A stretch of 64,000 bases of DNA from Candidatus Kapaibacterium thiocyanatum (GTDB lineage: Bacteria > Bacteroidota > Ignavibacteria > Kapaibacteriales > Kapaibacteriaceae). Positions within the stretch are counted from its first letter, which is position 1. Each line of letters opens with the position of its first letter. Made by a program: the position numbers and the translations under genes. The notes beneath the pieces were generated by a model. That model was not told the DNA's origin. It was given only the letters and a program-made list of their open reading frames with translations, and made no database searches. The stretch lies in assembly GCA_001899175.1 (NCBI GenBank), contig MKVH01000002.1:287702-351701 (forward strand), read 5' to 3'. This document shows positions 39,201-50,101 of this stretch, one piece after another.

Positions 39201-39709
39201 ACGAAGGTTCGCAGTCCATGGGTGGTAACGGTCAACCCATGAACGAGCAGCAGCGCGCGGAGATGGGGCGCCTTGCGGCGCAACAGGGCAAGGCACTCAA
39301 GGCGATGGACGAACTCGAGAAAGAACGTCAGCAGATCAACGGCGGAAAGAAGCCGATCGGTGACCTCAAGGCCATCGCCGACGATATGCGGGAAGTGATG
39401 ACGGACATGCAGACGGGTTCCATCACATCCGAAACGCGTATGCGTCAGGAACGCATTCTCTCGCGTCTGCTGAATGCCTCGCGAAGCATCAACGACCGTG
39501 ACTACGAGAAGACGCGTGAATCACGTGCCGGACAGGACGTCAACCGCAAGAGCCCGTCGGCACTCGACATGCGCCTGCTCGAAGGCAAGACGCAGTCCAT
39601 GCGAGACCTTCTCAACAAGCTTCGCGAAGGATACACCAAGGACTACGAGAATCTGATCAGGTTGTATTTCGAAGCGCTGCAGAAACAGAACGTCAACGTC
39701 GGACAGTGA
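36230..39709 (+). CDS. DUF4175-like giant membrane-anchored protein with ~600-aa Q/E/K-rich coiled-coil C-terminal half
   Basis: 1159 aa. N-terminal TM helices, a beta-rich middle region, then a long heptad-like Q/E/K/M low-complexity stretch. ATGA-coupled to the DUF4159 gene. Confidence 0.6.
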   Translation: MMQTQQRYRAIVGRLKSVRRAEQMHEAGRGLATAVTIGAAAMLAMILFEAWMHGTVQLRTAMVLAWIGVTVASLIVLTGPAILRLMGLMQGDTVERMALRVGRAYDDVGDMLCNVLQLVQPAAAGAADLANAAFERTVAVAEPKDFSVIIDRRPIRRAALWMLLSLVLVIGLPLAMPSSLGASFQRLAAYDTSFLPPAPYRFTIEPRDTTVMRGTTLRVTAHAIGTPPPSITVWIRELPNERYQPFTVRADSAGTYHYQMSGLTGSVEWYAQGAWLDDGVISDTGRITVIDRPLVRTLQGRVSPPSYTMLGPTELTEQQADVTALNGSTVDLSIVSNKELRSASILVMRGGSDSSATDTTRVPMQVRGSSASGRFPVQFTGAYAIVLEDKDGQGNAEPVRYAIVALTDGHPTIALIQPTTDAEVDQRAVLPVTVAIADDYGFSSLKLHYRLVASKYARPEEKYSSIDLPFTNNGAAIEVPYVWNLGKLGISPEDVYEFYVEVADNDRVRGPKTARTSTMKVRLPSLDEVFAQTDRTQDEAARELKEIAKEAEEVRKEAEQLQREMAKQSQKPAEQVDWKEKKKAEDLLKRQEALEKKMEQVVEKIEQMTEQLQQHNAISPETLQKYMELQKLMQQVKSPELQRMQEQMRKAMEQMSPEELQKAMKDFKFNEEDFKKNIERTMNLLKRTQAEQKADELSKRAEELAQKQDELQQRTENTNASNKEERQRIAEEQKRLQDDLQKLGQETKDLEKLMKELGADMPMDQMEKAQKELNQDETQQQMEQAERDAQKGDMQNARKKQQQASDNLQRFAQQMKNMKRDMKRNSAREAMRQMQRSMNDMLDLSRQQEALRDQTQSLDPNSAQYPQMAQKQQRIQEAMSNIANNMMQLAQKSTSVSQEMAQDMGNSLQNMKDAIQQLQDRNGQMAAKNQSGAMSSMNSAVQRMSDALGQMMQGEGQAQGGQGQKPGMGEGNGQSPFQRLQNLANQQKSINEGSQSMGGNGQPMNEQQRAEMGRLAAQQGKALKAMDELEKERQQINGGKKPIGDLKAIADDMREVMTDMQTGSITSETRMRQERILSRLLNASRSINDRDYEKTRESRAGQDVNRKSPSALDMRLLEGKTQSMRDLLNKLREGYTKDYENLIRLYFEALQKQNVNVGQ

Positions 39710-39714
39710 TCGGC

Positions 39715-40077
39715 ATGAAACTGCTCTTGTTCTGCGTGCTGCAGTCCGCTCTCGGAGTCGGTGGTACCGCCCTGCTGACGCAGGCCTTGCACGGACGTGA
39801 CATCTCGGTGGCATCGATCACGTCGGCGACGATGACGTGGCAGGGAATCGGCGGACTCGTTCTGCTGTTCTCGTCCTTTCTCGTGATGGGCGTCATCCTC
39901 TCCTTCGCGAAGATGGCCGCCTACATTCCCCTCAATACGGCGCTTACCTTCCTGTTCACGGTCGTCCTCACCATCGTGGTGCAGCGGGATGCGGTGTCCT
40001 GGCCGCTCGTAGGTGGAATGGCGCTGATCTTCGTCGGCGTGCTGCTGGTGAGTGCGGCCACTACTCCTCGTCCGTAA
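39715..40077 (+). CDS. Small 4-TM membrane protein (SMR/DMT-like)
   Basis: ~120 aa with four hydrophobic helices. A GTG at 39706 overlaps the upstream stop. Confidence 0.4.
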   Translation: MKLLLFCVLQSALGVGGTALLTQALHGRDISVASITSATMTWQGIGGLVLLFSSFLVMGVILSFAKMAAYIPLNTALTFLFTVVLTIVVQRDAVSWPLVGGMALIFVGVLLVSAATTPRP

Positions 40078-41239
40078 GGGACATCGTGATTCCGGCCGCC
40101 GTCGACGTGGCCAGGGCTCTCAATACATCGATATCGGTATCCGGCGCGCCATAGGCGAGGGCTACGCCCATGCGGCGATAGCGCCGCGTCGTGGGCTTGC
40201 CGAAGATCCGCACGTCCGTATGCGGTGTCGCCAGCACGGCTTCCAGTCCATCGAAGACGGGCGGTACCGTTTCGTTGCCGGAGGCGAGGACGACGGCGCT
40301 GGCGCCCGCACGATCGAGCGTGATATGGGGAATCGGATACCCGAGCACTGCGCGTGCGTGAAGCTCGAACTCGTTCAGATTCGTCGTGCCCGCCAACGTG
40401 ACCATACCCGTGTCGTGGGGACGGGGCGACAGCTCGCTGAAGTAGACATCGTCGGACGTGAGGAAGAATTCCACGCCCCAGATGCCTGCACCCGTCAGGG
40501 CAGCCGTGACCTGCGCGGCCATTTCCTGCGCCTTCTTCAGCAGTTCGGGCTTCACCGCATGAGGCATCCAGCTTTCCATGTAGTCGCCGCGTTCCTGGCG
40601 ATGGCCGATGGGTGGACAGAACAGCGTCGGCCCGTTCTTCTGCGTCACGGTCAGGAGCGTGATCTCGCTCTCGAACGGAATGAATTCCTCGACGATGACT
40701 TCGCGCAGATCGCCCCGTGATCCTTCCATGGCGTAGGTCCATGCCGCCTGTACGTCGGCTGCGGTGCGGATGATGCTCTGGCCCTTGCCGCTCGACGACA
40801 TCAGGGGTTTCACGACGCAGGGAATACCGATGTCGCGCACGGCATCCAGATACTCCTCTTCCGTCGATGCATAGGCATAGTTGGCGGTACGTACGCCGAG
40901 TTCCCGCGCTGCGAGATCGCGGATGGCCTTGCGGTTCATCGTCATGTTCGCGGCGCGTGCGCTGGGCACGACGTGAATGCCCTGCTCCTCGTAGGCGAAC
41001 AGACGTTCCGTACGGATGGCTTCGATCTCCGGTACGATGATGTCCGGTTGCACATCACTCACCGCGGCATCGAGCTCGGCGGCGTTGAGCATGTTGACGA
41101 TACGCCGGTCGTCGGCTACCTGCATGGCCGGAGCATCGTCGTAGGAGTCGACGGCGACGACCCGGTGTCCGAGGCGTTTGACGGAGATCGTGAACTCCTT
41201 GCCGAGTTCACCTGAGCCGAGGAGGAGGATGGTCTTCAT
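40061..41239 (-). CDS. purT: Formate-dependent phosphoribosylglycinamide formyltransferase
   Basis: [16 protein letters not shown]...ATP-grasp...[12 protein letters not shown], a PurT signature along the whole length. Confidence 0.92.
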   Translation of the reverse strand: MKTILLLGSGELGKEFTISVKRLGHRVVAVDSYDDAPAMQVADDRRIVNMLNAAELDAAVSDVQPDIIVPEIEAIRTERLFAYEEQGIHVVPSARAANMTMNRKAIRDLAARELGVRTANYAYASTEEEYLDAVRDIGIPCVVKPLMSSSGKGQSIIRTAADVQAAWTYAMEGSRGDLREVIVEEFIPFESEITLLTVTQKNGPTLFCPPIGHRQERGDYMESWMPHAVKPELLKKAQEMAAQVTAALTGAGIWGVEFFLTSDDVYFSELSPRPHDTGMVTLAGTTNLNEFELHARAVLGYPIPHITLDRAGASAVVLASGNETVPPVFDGLEAVLATPHTDVRIFGKPTTRRYRRMGVALAYGAPDTDIDVLRALATSTAAGITMSLTDEE

Positions 41240-41248
41240 GGCGCGAAT

Positions 41249-43771
41249 CTACAACGAGCCGCTGGCATCGACATCAACGGTGACGCGGATGGATGCGGCC
41301 GCCCAGGATGAATGATAGGCATCGAGAGCACCGTTCAGCGCGGCACGCAGATGCCTGCCCGACGGGTCGGTGTGCTTGAAGCCCTTGACGACGATGATCT
41401 GACGATAGCGGTTGCGCAGACGGGCGATGGTTGGCACGACGGCCGGCAGGCGGACGAGATGTTCCGTCCGTTCGGGAATGAGCTGCTGCACGATACGGGC
41501 ATGATGCGCGACCTGCGCTTCATCCAGTCCCGACAATTCGATGACGACGAAGCGTACGTATGGCGGATACATGGCCTCGCGTCGCGAGGCGAATTCCTCT
41601 TCGAGCCAGGGAGCGTAGTTGCCGGTCACGGCTGCGACGACGGCCGGGTGGTCGGGACTGCTGGTCTGGATCACCACCTCGCCCGGTTTGTCGGCCGTAC
41701 GTCCCGCACGCCCGGAAACCTGCGTCAGGAGTTGTACGGTACGCTCTGCGGCACGGAAGTCGCTCTGATGGAGCTGCTGGTCCGCATTCACCACACCGAC
41801 CAGCGTTACGCGGCCGATGTCGAGTCCCTTGGCGATCATCTGCGTGCCGATGAGGACGTCGATACCGCCGTCGGAGAAGCGTTGGAGGATGGTGCGATGT
41901 GCACCCCTGCGTGTGGTCGAGTCGGCGTCCATGCGGTGGATCGTGGCGTCGACGTTGTGCTGGCGCAGGTAGTCGGCGAGTTCCTCTTCGATCCGCTGCG
42001 TGCCGGTTCCCGTTTCCCTGAGCGAGATGCCACCGCACGTCGTGCATACGGTACGTACCGGTTCGGCATAGCCGCAGTAGTGGCAGCGCAGGGAGAACGA
42101 GGCCTTGTGATAGGTGAGGGCGACGTCGCAGTTCATGCACATCGGAACATCGCCGCAGTCCGTACACTGGAGCTGTGCCGAATATCCGCGGCGATTGAGG
42201 AAGACCAGTGAGCCTTCCTTCCGCAGGATGCGCTGTTCGATCTCGTGCAGGAGCATCGGGCTGTAGGCGCCCGTCGCCGGATTCGCCTTGCGTTCGGTGC
42301 GCATGTCGACCACCCGGATCGATGGCATGATGGCGCCGTCCACACGCGTGGTGAGACGCAGGTGATGATAGCGGCCGGTGTTGACGTTGTGGATGGTTTC
42401 GAGCGACGGTGTCGCCGAACCGAGGACGACAGGACATGCTTCGAGATTCGCCCGCATGACGGCTGCGTCGCGTCCGTGATAGCGTGGTGCAGGGTCGTCC
42501 TGCTTGTAGGTGGATTCGTGTTCTTCATCCACGATGACGATGCCGACATCGGGCAGGGGCGCGAAGATAGCCGAGCGTGCACCGATGACGAGGGGCGACG
42601 TTCCGTCCTTGATGGAACGCCAGGTGTCGGCACGTTCGCCGACGCTCATGCGACTGTGCAGGAGGGCCACACGTTCGCCGAACATCGCACGGAATCGGTC
42701 GGACAGTTGCGGTGTGAGCGATATCTCGGGTACGAGAAGGAGTGCGGTCCGCCCCTGTTCCAGCGCATGTGCGATGACACGCTGATAGACCAGCGTCTTT
42801 CCCGATCCCGTGATACCCTCGAGCAGGAACGGCACGAAGGTCTTCGTGTCGATGGCCTGGACGATGGCATCGACGGCCGTCCGTTGTTCCGGTGTGAGCT
42901 CCAGGTCCGTCTCGTCACGCGATGACAGCCGTCCTTCACGGTGGCCATCGTGATCGCGTACGACGTCGATCTCGACGATGTCGACGAGTCCCTTCTTCAC
43001 CAGTGCGTCCAGCGCCGATGCAGTCGTGTCGTTATCCTGGAGAAGCTGGCTGCGGAGCGAGGGCCCTTCTCCACGCATGGCAGCGAGGTAGAGCTGGCTC
43101 AGGAGCAGCGACTGTTTCGGAGCACGATGGTCGAGCTGATCGAGGGCATTGCGCAGAGCCTGGTCGTCATCGAGCAATGCGGAGGCGATACGCGCGGCCT
43201 TCTGTCGTTTGGGACCGGCCTGCGCTTCGATATCCGTCACGATCCGGATCAATCCTGCACGTTGGAGAGCATCGAGCTGGTCGGCGATCGTCGTCGAGTC
43301 GAGTTTCTTCTGGAGATAGGCTACGGTGACGTCGCCGGTATGACCGTGCAGGGCTTCGAGCAGGGCGGCGCGTTTCGGTGCGCGCCTCTGCAGATGCGTC
43401 CATTCCTCGTCCGTGGGTTCGCGCAGCATGCTCACACGGATGACGCCTTCGGGCGACAGGCCCGACGGCAATGCCGCATGGAGGGCTTCGCCCCACGAGC
43501 ACAGATAGTATTCGGCCATCCAGCGCGTCAGCGAGAGCACGGGAGCGGGGAAGGCAGGCTCGTCGTCGAGGAGTTCCAGGATCGGGCGTACTTTGGGATG
43601 CGCCTCGACGTCCATCGCCACGATCGTACCTGTGAGGATCCGTTTGCCCAACGGTACGAGTACCCGGCATCCTGCACGCGCATGGGCCGCTTCTTCGGGC
43701 AGCGCATACGTGAAGACGTCCTGTCGGGGGACGGGCAGTGCGACGGAAACACAGGAACGATGGGTGAACAC
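41249..43771 (-). CDS. priA: Primosomal protein N' (replication restart helicase PriA)
   Basis: DEEH helicase motifs, Cys4 zinc-finger pair (CTDCGDVPMCMNCDVALTYHK...CHYCGY...CTTCGG). PriA-like sequence begins at VSVALPVPRQDVFTYALPE; a GTG at 43771 is the likely start. The ORF stays open upstream to 44107. Confidence 0.8.
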   Translation of the reverse strand: MFTHRSCVSVALPVPRQDVFTYALPEEAAHARAGCRVLVPLGKRILTGTIVAMDVEAHPKVRPILELLDDEPAFPAPVLSLTRWMAEYYLCSWGEALHAALPSGLSPEGVIRVSMLREPTDEEWTHLQRRAPKRAALLEALHGHTGDVTVAYLQKKLDSTTIADQLDALQRAGLIRIVTDIEAQAGPKRQKAARIASALLDDDQALRNALDQLDHRAPKQSLLLSQLYLAAMRGEGPSLRSQLLQDNDTTASALDALVKKGLVDIVEIDVVRDHDGHREGRLSSRDETDLELTPEQRTAVDAIVQAIDTKTFVPFLLEGITGSGKTLVYQRVIAHALEQGRTALLLVPEISLTPQLSDRFRAMFGERVALLHSRMSVGERADTWRSIKDGTSPLVIGARSAIFAPLPDVGIVIVDEEHESTYKQDDPAPRYHGRDAAVMRANLEACPVVLGSATPSLETIHNVNTGRYHHLRLTTRVDGAIMPSIRVVDMRTERKANPATGAYSPMLLHEIEQRILRKEGSLVFLNRRGYSAQLQCTDCGDVPMCMNCDVALTYHKASFSLRCHYCGYAEPVRTVCTTCGGISLRETGTGTQRIEEELADYLRQHNVDATIHRMDADSTTRRGAHRTILQRFSDGGIDVLIGTQMIAKGLDIGRVTLVGVVNADQQLHQSDFRAAERTVQLLTQVSGRAGRTADKPGEVVIQTSSPDHPAVVAAVTGNYAPWLEEEFASRREAMYPPYVRFVVIELSGLDEAQVAHHARIVQQLIPERTEHLVRLPAVVPTIARLRNRYRQIIVVKGFKHTDPSGRHLRAALNGALDAYHSSWAAASIRVTVDVDASGSL

Positions 43772-43889
43772 GGGAGAAGACGTCGGTGGGAAACCTCGAA
43801 AATACGGTCCATTTCCTTGCCACGATGGACTCAATACGTGGACGATCCCATCGTCATCGGCACGGATACGGCTATTTTTGCAGGAAGAT

Positions 43890-45107
43890 ATGCAACACCT
43901 CAAACAGCTCGTCGCCGCCTTTCTCATGGCCCTGGCGGCCCATCCTCTGGCCTCGTGCGCGCCCGGTCCGGAACCGGCCGCCGAAGCGCCGCTGTACACC
44001 GAATCGAGGGCCGTCGTCGCGGACGACGATATCTCGACGTCGAGGCAGAACGCCATCACGCGTGCCGTGAAGAACTGCTCGCCGGCCGTCGTCGGCATCA
44101 ACGTCACGGAAGTGCACGAGCAGGTCTACAGGGATCCGTTCGATGCCTTCTTCGAAGACGATCCGGTATTCCGCCGATACTTCCAGCCGAGGGCATACAA
44201 GCGTCAGTATACGGTGCGCGGCCTGGGCTCCGGCTTCCTGATCTCGAAGGATGGCTACATCATCACGAACGACCACGTCGCCGGCAACGCATCGAAGATC
44301 GTCGTCACCTTGACCAATGGCGAGAAGTACGACGCCGAAATCATCGGCACGGATCCCACGACCGACGTAGCGCTACTGAAGATCAAGGGCGAGAACTTCC
44401 CGTATCTCAAGCTGTCCAACAGCGAGGACGTCCAGGTCGGGGAATGGGCCATCGCCTTCGGCAATCCGTTCGGACTGTTCGACAACAACGCCAAACCGAC
44501 CGTCACGGTGGGTGTGGTGAGCAACATCGGCGTGAACTTCACGCAGCCGGACGAACGCGGCGGAGACCGTGTCTATCGAGGTATGATCCAGACCGACGCG
44601 GCCATTTCGTCGGGCAATTCCGGCGGACCGCTCGTCAACGCACTCGGCGACGTCATCGGTGTGAATACGGTCATCTATTCCACGGCACAGAATGCCCGTG
44701 GCGCGGGATCCATCGGTATCGGATTCTCGATTCCGATCAACCGCGTGAGGACCATCGTCGATCGCATCCGCAAGCACGGTACCATCAACCGGGACTTCTG
44801 GACCGGACTCGAGATGCAGGGGATCACGGAAGAAGTGGCCTCGTACTTCAAGATCGATCGTACGGACGGCGTCTTCGTCACGCGCGTCTATCCGAACAGC
44901 CCTGGAGCGCGTGCGGGTATCGAGCCCGGTGATATCATCGTGGCCATCGACGGCAGGCCGGTCGTGAAGAACGAAGACGTGAACGTCGCCGTCCTCGACG
45001 GTGAAGTAGGCAATACACTCAAACTGACGATCGTGCGGGGCAGCAAGGAAGAAACGGTGTCCCTCACGCTTACACAACGTCCCCGGAGCGGCAGTGCCAG
45101 AAACTAG
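43890..45107 (+). CDS. htrA: Trypsin-like serine protease with PDZ domain (HtrA/DegQ family)
   Basis: Signal peptide [23 protein letters not shown]. Catalytic triad context TNDHV...DVALLKI...GNSGGPL. C-terminal PDZ. AGGAAG RBS. Confidence 0.88.
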   Translation: MQHLKQLVAAFLMALAAHPLASCAPGPEPAAEAPLYTESRAVVADDDISTSRQNAITRAVKNCSPAVVGINVTEVHEQVYRDPFDAFFEDDPVFRRYFQPRAYKRQYTVRGLGSGFLISKDGYIITNDHVAGNASKIVVTLTNGEKYDAEIIGTDPTTDVALLKIKGENFPYLKLSNSEDVQVGEWAIAFGNPFGLFDNNAKPTVTVGVVSNIGVNFTQPDERGGDRVYRGMIQTDAAISSGNSGGPLVNALGDVIGVNTVIYSTAQNARGAGSIGIGFSIPINRVRTIVDRIRKHGTINRDFWTGLEMQGITEEVASYFKIDRTDGVFVTRVYPNSPGARAGIEPGDIIVAIDGRPVVKNEDVNVAVLDGEVGNTLKLTIVRGSKEETVSLTLTQRPRSGSARN

Positions 45108-45855
45108 TACAAGCGGTCAGACAGGCAGCATCCTTCGTGCGCAGGATCTGATGAAGGTCTACAAGAAGCGTACGGTGGTGAAGGGAAGTACCCTCTCCGT
45201 CAAGCAGGGTGAGGTCGTAGGATTGCTCGGTCCCAACGGTGCGGGCAAGACGACGACGTTCTACATGATGGTGGGGATGGTGAAGCCGAACAGGGGGCGC
45301 GTCTTTCTCGATGATGGCGACATCACGGGAACGGCCATGTACAAGCGTGCCCGCCGTGGGATCGCCTATCTTCCGCAGGAAGCGTCGATCTTCCGCCGGC
45401 TCTCCGTCGAACAGAACATCACGGCCATCCTTCAGCTCAAGCGTATGTCGTCTGCCAGACGCAAGGAACGTCTGGAGGAACTGCTCGAGGAATTCGGTAT
45501 CACGCGTATCCGCAAGAGCAAGGGCTACATGCTCTCGGGGGGCGAACGTCGCCGCTGCGAGATCGCCCGGGCCCTCGCCACGGATCCGAAATTCGTCCTG
45601 CTCGACGAGCCCTTCGCCGGTATCGACCCCATCGCGGTCGAGGATATCATGCAGATCGTGCGACAACTGCGCACGAAAGGAATCGGCGTCCTGATCACCG
45701 ATCATAACGTCCATGAGACGCTGTCCATCACGGACCGCGCCTATATTCTCATCGACGGAAGCATCTTCGTGAACGGTACGGCCGAAGACATCGCAGCCAA
45801 TGCCGAAGTACGCCGCCGTTATCTCGGCGAGAATTTCACGCTCGGCCGTTACTGA
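45094..45855 (+). CDS. lptB: LPS export ABC transporter ATP-binding protein
   Basis: Walker [17 protein letters not shown], signature [15 protein letters not shown], Walker [13 protein letters not shown]. Length and N-terminus are LptB-like. Confidence 0.8.
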   Translation: MPETSTSGQTGSILRAQDLMKVYKKRTVVKGSTLSVKQGEVVGLLGPNGAGKTTTFYMMVGMVKPNRGRVFLDDGDITGTAMYKRARRGIAYLPQEASIFRRLSVEQNITAILQLKRMSSARRKERLEELLEEFGITRIRKSKGYMLSGGERRRCEIARALATDPKFVLLDEPFAGIDPIAVEDIMQIVRQLRTKGIGVLITDHNVHETLSITDRAYILIDGSIFVNGTAEDIAANAEVRRRYLGENFTLGRY

Positions 45856-48062
45856 CCCCAGGAGAGCTGAAGGAAGACACTCTGCGATGGACCGAGATTG
45901 GCCACCGTCTCCGTATAGGCATAGTTGAGCACGTTACGCCCGCCGAGCGTCAGTTTCAGCGGGAGCTTCGTCATGGCGTTCATCGACCAGACGAGACGCG
46001 CATCGACGATATGCGTCGGGACGCGGGCATCGGCATCGGCGATGAAGAGTTTCAGCCGATCGTCCACCCGCTCCACACGATTGAGAAACCGGTAATCGCA
46101 TTGCAGTTCGACGGCGTCGAACGGACGCCAGAACGCACGGCTGTACCAGATGATGTTGTTGCGGAACGGCAGTGTATTGTCCTGGACCAGATCCCGCGGC
46201 AGCATGGCCGTGATCCCGGTTTCCATGCCGAGTCCGTCGGCGATCATCATGCGGGCCGTGGCTTCCGCACCGAGGACACGTGCGCGCGTGACGTTGCGGA
46301 AGACGATGGGGCTACCCGGCTGTGCGAAGTCGAACGTCGGTTCTATGAGATCGTAGAGTTCGTTGTCGAACACGGCGATGTCGAGTTCGACGGGCAGCAG
46401 CAGGACGCCCGTGTGATGGGCTCCGATCTCGGCCGATACGGAGCTTTCGGCAAGGATGTTCTCGTTCGGGCTTACCTGGAACGGACCGTACCGTATGCGG
46501 GCATAGCGTTCCGCGATGGTCGCCGCACGGAAGCCTCTGCCTACGGATGCGCGCAGTGTGGTCTGTTCCGAGGCATGCCACGTCATGCCGAACTTCGGAC
46601 TGAATTCGAGCTGCGACGTGCGTCCACCCGTTTCTTCGCGATCGGCACGTACGCCGGCCGTGACGATGAGATCGTCGACGAAGGTGAACTCCGCCTGCGC
46701 ATAGCCGCTGACGACGCTCTGGAGCTGGTTGCCGTAGACGTCCGAACGTACGCTGTTCAATCGGGCGTTGAGTCCTGCCGTGATGACGGTCGTCGATGAG
46801 AGCATCGACGTGAGCTGCGCTTCGGCGTTATAGGTGGAGGCCGTAGACTGGTTGGAATCGACGGGCGTGCCTGTCTGCGTATTCTCGAATCGGGTGACGA
46901 AGACACCGGGGCGTACGACGAGGGACGTCGTACCGGACAGGATCTGACTGAATTCGAGGGCCGCCGCCAGTTTCGTGGAACGCAGCCGCTCGTCCGGCTT
47001 CTGATCCGTGGGCGGGAAGGTGGCGCGCGCCAGACTCTCCCAATAGAGGTAGTTCTCCTTGTCGTCCACCGCTCCCAGAGCGAACAGCTTGAGCGATGTT
47101 CTTTCGTTCGGCTGCCACCCCAGCTTCGTGTAGCCGAAGCCGCGTACACCTGCATCGAAATCGCGATAGCTCTGGTCCTGACGGATGCCGCCGCTGGCGT
47201 TCACGCTGAACTGTCCGAAGGCCCTGGCATATCGAAGGTCGGCGCCCGACTGGATCGACGGTACATCCGAATACCGCCATTGCTGATACTTCGGCAGTGG
47301 ATAGACACCCGCATAGATCCTTGCATTCAGTTCACCGGTATCCGTCGCCTCCTTCGTGATGAGACTCACCACACCTCCGAGGGCCCCCGTACCGTAGAGT
47401 GCCGAGCCTGCACCCTTGATGACTTCCACGCGTTCGATGTCCGCCACGGGCAGGACGTCGAACTTGATGTCGCCGTTATCTCCCGACAGGAGCGGGAAGC
47501 CGTCCATCAATACCATCGTGCGCGAGCCTACGCCGAAGGCGAAGCCGGAAGAACCGCGGATGTTGACCTGGTCCTTCGCGACGGTGACGCCACTGACGTA
47601 GCCGAGTGCTTCGTCCAGACGCGTGATGTTGCGTCTGGACAGGTCGGCCTGATTCATCACGGCGACGCTGATGGGAACGTCCTGTACGGCCTGGACGCGT
47701 TTGTTCGCGCTGACGACGACTTCGTTGGTACGGATAGGCGAGGCGAGCATCGTGAAGACGACGTCGCGTGTTTCATCGCGGTTCAGGAAGACCTGCGTCC
47801 GTGTCGGTTCATAGCCCACGAGCGAGGCGGCTATCGTGACGTTACCCGAAGGAAGCCCCTTGATATGGAAGCGTCCGTTCGAATTCGAGATCGCGCCCTG
47901 CCGCGTGCCTTCGATGCGGATGGTGACGCCGCCGAGGGGATCACCCGTGGCACGGTCCGTCACGAGACCGGTGATGGTGCCGAGATCGGCATGCAGCAGC
48001 ACCGATGAATACAGCAATGCCATGACGGTGATCAGGACGCGATACATCGGGAGGCGATTCAT
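45849..48062 (-). CDS. TonB-dependent receptor with N-terminal carboxypeptidase-regulatory-like domain
   Basis: Signal peptide, CarbopepD_reg-like [23 protein letters not shown], plug (TonB box region) and 22-strand-barrel length. C-terminal aromatic residue. Confidence 0.85.
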   Translation of the reverse strand: MNRLPMYRVLITVMALLYSSVLLHADLGTITGLVTDRATGDPLGGVTIRIEGTRQGAISNSNGRFHIKGLPSGNVTIAASLVGYEPTRTQVFLNRDETRDVVFTMLASPIRTNEVVVSANKRVQAVQDVPISVAVMNQADLSRRNITRLDEALGYVSGVTVAKDQVNIRGSSGFAFGVGSRTMVLMDGFPLLSGDNGDIKFDVLPVADIERVEVIKGAGSALYGTGALGGVVSLITKEATDTGELNARIYAGVYPLPKYQQWRYSDVPSIQSGADLRYARAFGQFSVNASGGIRQDQSYRDFDAGVRGFGYTKLGWQPNERTSLKLFALGAVDDKENYLYWESLARATFPPTDQKPDERLRSTKLAAALEFSQILSGTTSLVVRPGVFVTRFENTQTGTPVDSNQSTASTYNAEAQLTSMLSSTTVITAGLNARLNSVRSDVYGNQLQSVVSGYAQAEFTFVDDLIVTAGVRADREETGGRTSQLEFSPKFGMTWHASEQTTLRASVGRGFRAATIAERYARIRYGPFQVSPNENILAESSVSAEIGAHHTGVLLLPVELDIAVFDNELYDLIEPTFDFAQPGSPIVFRNVTRARVLGAEATARMMIADGLGMETGITAMLPRDLVQDNTLPFRNNIIWYSRAFWRPFDAVELQCDYRFLNRVERVDDRLKLFIADADARVPTHIVDARLVWSMNAMTKLPLKLTLGGRNVLNYAYTETVANLGPSQSVFLQLSWGQ

Positions 48063-48553
48063 TCGAAGGGCTGGGGAGGCAGGTTAGCGAAGTCGACGGT
48101 GAAGTCGATGTTGACGCGTCGATCCCGTTCGACGTGAACGGAGGCGGGGCGTGACGGATCGCCGTCGATGTCGACGACGCTGAGCATCCTCCAGTCGGCC
48201 GCGATGTCCGGTCCATACCTCATCGCCACGACGACGTAGGTGAAGGTGCGCGGAGCACCGGGAATCTGCAGTTCGTACGTCGACGATTCGACGCGGGCGG
48301 GAAGCTGCGTCGTGAAGACGGCCTTGCCGCCGAGAATGGCGGGCAGGATCTGTTGTGGCGTTCTCGGGATGGAGTCGAAGACGACGACGCGAACGTCGTA
48401 GACGGAATCCGCCGGCCATGCCGCCGGACCATCCTTGTAGGTGATGGTGCCGCTCAGGCCCGTGAAGGGCGGTGGTGCGATGGTAGGATCGAGGCCATCG
48501 CAACCGCACAGGATGACGATGGCGATACATACGGGAAGGAGCCAGCGAATCAT
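48059..48553 (-). CDS. Hypothetical lipoprotein
   Basis: MIRWLLPVCIAIVILCGCDG signal/lipobox-like. ATGA overlap with the downstream TonB receptor start. Confidence 0.45.
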   Translation of the reverse strand: MIRWLLPVCIAIVILCGCDGLDPTIAPPPFTGLSGTITYKDGPAAWPADSVYDVRVVVFDSIPRTPQQILPAILGGKAVFTTQLPARVESSTYELQIPGAPRTFTYVVVAMRYGPDIAADWRMLSVVDIDGDPSRPASVHVERDRRVNIDFTVDFANLPPQPFE

Positions 48554-48601
48554 GGCGCAACTTACGCATTGCATGGAACGCTGCCTGCGTATTATTGAAC
48601 C

Positions 48602-50101
48602 ATGAAACCAGTACTGGATCCTGTATCCGTTCGAACGCTCGATGCTGCATGCATCGCCGAAGCCGGGTTGTCCGCCGCCGGATTGATGGAGCAGGCGGCA
48701 CGGTCCGCGTCGAAGATCGTGAAGACGCTGCTGCGTCCTGATCGACGATCACGGATACTGATCGCATGCGGAGCGGGCAACAACGGCGGCGATGGTTATG
48801 CGATCGCATGGATGCTCGCGGATATCGCCGACGTCACCGTCATCGCCACGGAAACGTCACGGCATACGACCCCGGAGACGCATACGAATCGCCGCAAGGC
48901 CGAAGCATGCCGCCCCATTCGCCCGATACACGATATCGATACCATCGTGAGCGAAGGTTGGGACGTCGTGATCGATGCCCTGATCGGCGTCGGTGGTTCG
49001 GGGAACCTGCGCGATCCCCTGCGTCATGTCGTCGACGCACTGAACGGTGTCCATGCGTTGAAGGTAGCAATCGACGTTCCGACCGGACTCGATGCATCGA
49101 CGGGTGCGTGTGACGGTCCCGTCTTCCATGCCCATCATACGATCACCATGGCCGCGCTGAAGCCCGGGCTGCTACGTGGACGTGGTCGACGCGTCTGTGG
49201 AGTCCTGCACGAAGCCGACATCGGCGCTCCCGACGACCTGGTGTGGCGATACATCCGTGGCTTCGTGATGGAAGGATCGGACATACGGAACCTGTTGCCA
49301 CGACGCGATGACGCGACGTCGAAGTTCGACTACGGTCGCATACTCGTGATCGCCGGATCGACGGCCATGCCGGGCGCAGCTTCGCTGTGCGCTCATGCCG
49401 CCATCGCTTCGGGTGCGGGACTCGTCGAGCTCGCCACACCGTCCGTGCATCCGCACACACCGCGTGAAGTGATCACGCACGTCATGCCCACGACCGATAC
49501 GGGAACGATCGCACCGTCGGCGAAGGAATCCCTGCATACCCTTGCAGAACGGGCGACGGTACTTGCCGTAGGGCCCGGTCTCGGTATGCATGCCGAGACC
49601 ATCGCCATGGTGGCCGATCTCGTGAACGGGCTTCCGGAGACGAAGCCCGTCGTCATCGATGCCGATGGTTTGCGCATCGTGCCCCTGCTGACGCGTCCCA
49701 TGGATAACGTCATCCTCACGCCGCATCTCGGTGAGTTCGCGCGGCTCCTCGGTGAAGAACGTACGTCCATCGTCGATACCGTGATCGAACGTGCCGATGT
49801 GTATGCACGCGAACGTGGCTGCATCATGCATGTCAAGGATGTGCCGTCCGTCACGACCGACGGTACGACGATCTGCTATACGATCGGCGGCAATCCGGGA
49901 ATGTCGACGGCAGGGAGTGGCGATGTCCTTACGGGTATCATCGCCGCGATGTGTGCGCAGCACGTACGACCCTATATGGCCGCTTCGCTCGGCGCCTTCC
50001 TTCATGCGACGGCCGGTGACATCCTGGCCGTATCGCAGCCCATGGAAACGATGATGGCCGGTGATCTGATCGGGGCGATGAAGGGAGCGATTCCACGATG
50101 A
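48602..50101 (+). CDS. nnr: Bifunctional NAD(P)H-hydrate repair enzyme (epimerase/dehydratase)
   Basis: N-terminal YjeF_N (ILIACGAGNNGGDGYAIA) and C-terminal carbohydrate-kinase-like dehydratase (GPGLG..., GSGDVLTG). Confidence 0.88.
   Translation: MKPVLDPVSVRTLDAACIAEAGLSAAGLMEQAARSASKIVKTLLRPDRRSRILIACGAGNNGGDGYAIAWMLADIADVTVIATETSRHTTPETHTNRRKAEACRPIRPIHDIDTIVSEGWDVVIDALIGVGGSGNLRDPLRHVVDALNGVHALKVAIDVPTGLDASTGACDGPVFHAHHTITMAALKPGLLRGRGRRVCGVLHEADIGAPDDLVWRYIRGFVMEGSDIRNLLPRRDDATSKFDYGRILVIAGSTAMPGAASLCAHAAIASGAGLVELATPSVHPHTPREVITHVMPTTDTGTIAPSAKESLHTLAERATVLAVGPGLGMHAETIAMVADLVNGLPETKPVVIDADGLRIVPLLTRPMDNVILTPHLGEFARLLGEERTSIVDTVIERADVYARERGCIMHVKDVPSVTTDGTTICYTIGGNPGMSTAGSGDVLTGIIAAMCAQHVRPYMAASLGAFLHATAGDILAVSQPMETMMAGDLIGAMKGAIPR

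Noticed and set aside
36401-39283. 960-aa ORF on the minus strand
   Set aside because: Antisense shadow of the DUF4175 gene. Its translation is low-complexity L/H/R-rich, which is the complement of the Q/E/K codon-rich sense strand, with no domain signatures.
42941-44932. 663-aa plus-strand ORF spanning priA and htrA
   Set aside because: Overlaps two well-supported genes in other frames/strands, with an R/G/E-rich composition lacking motifs.
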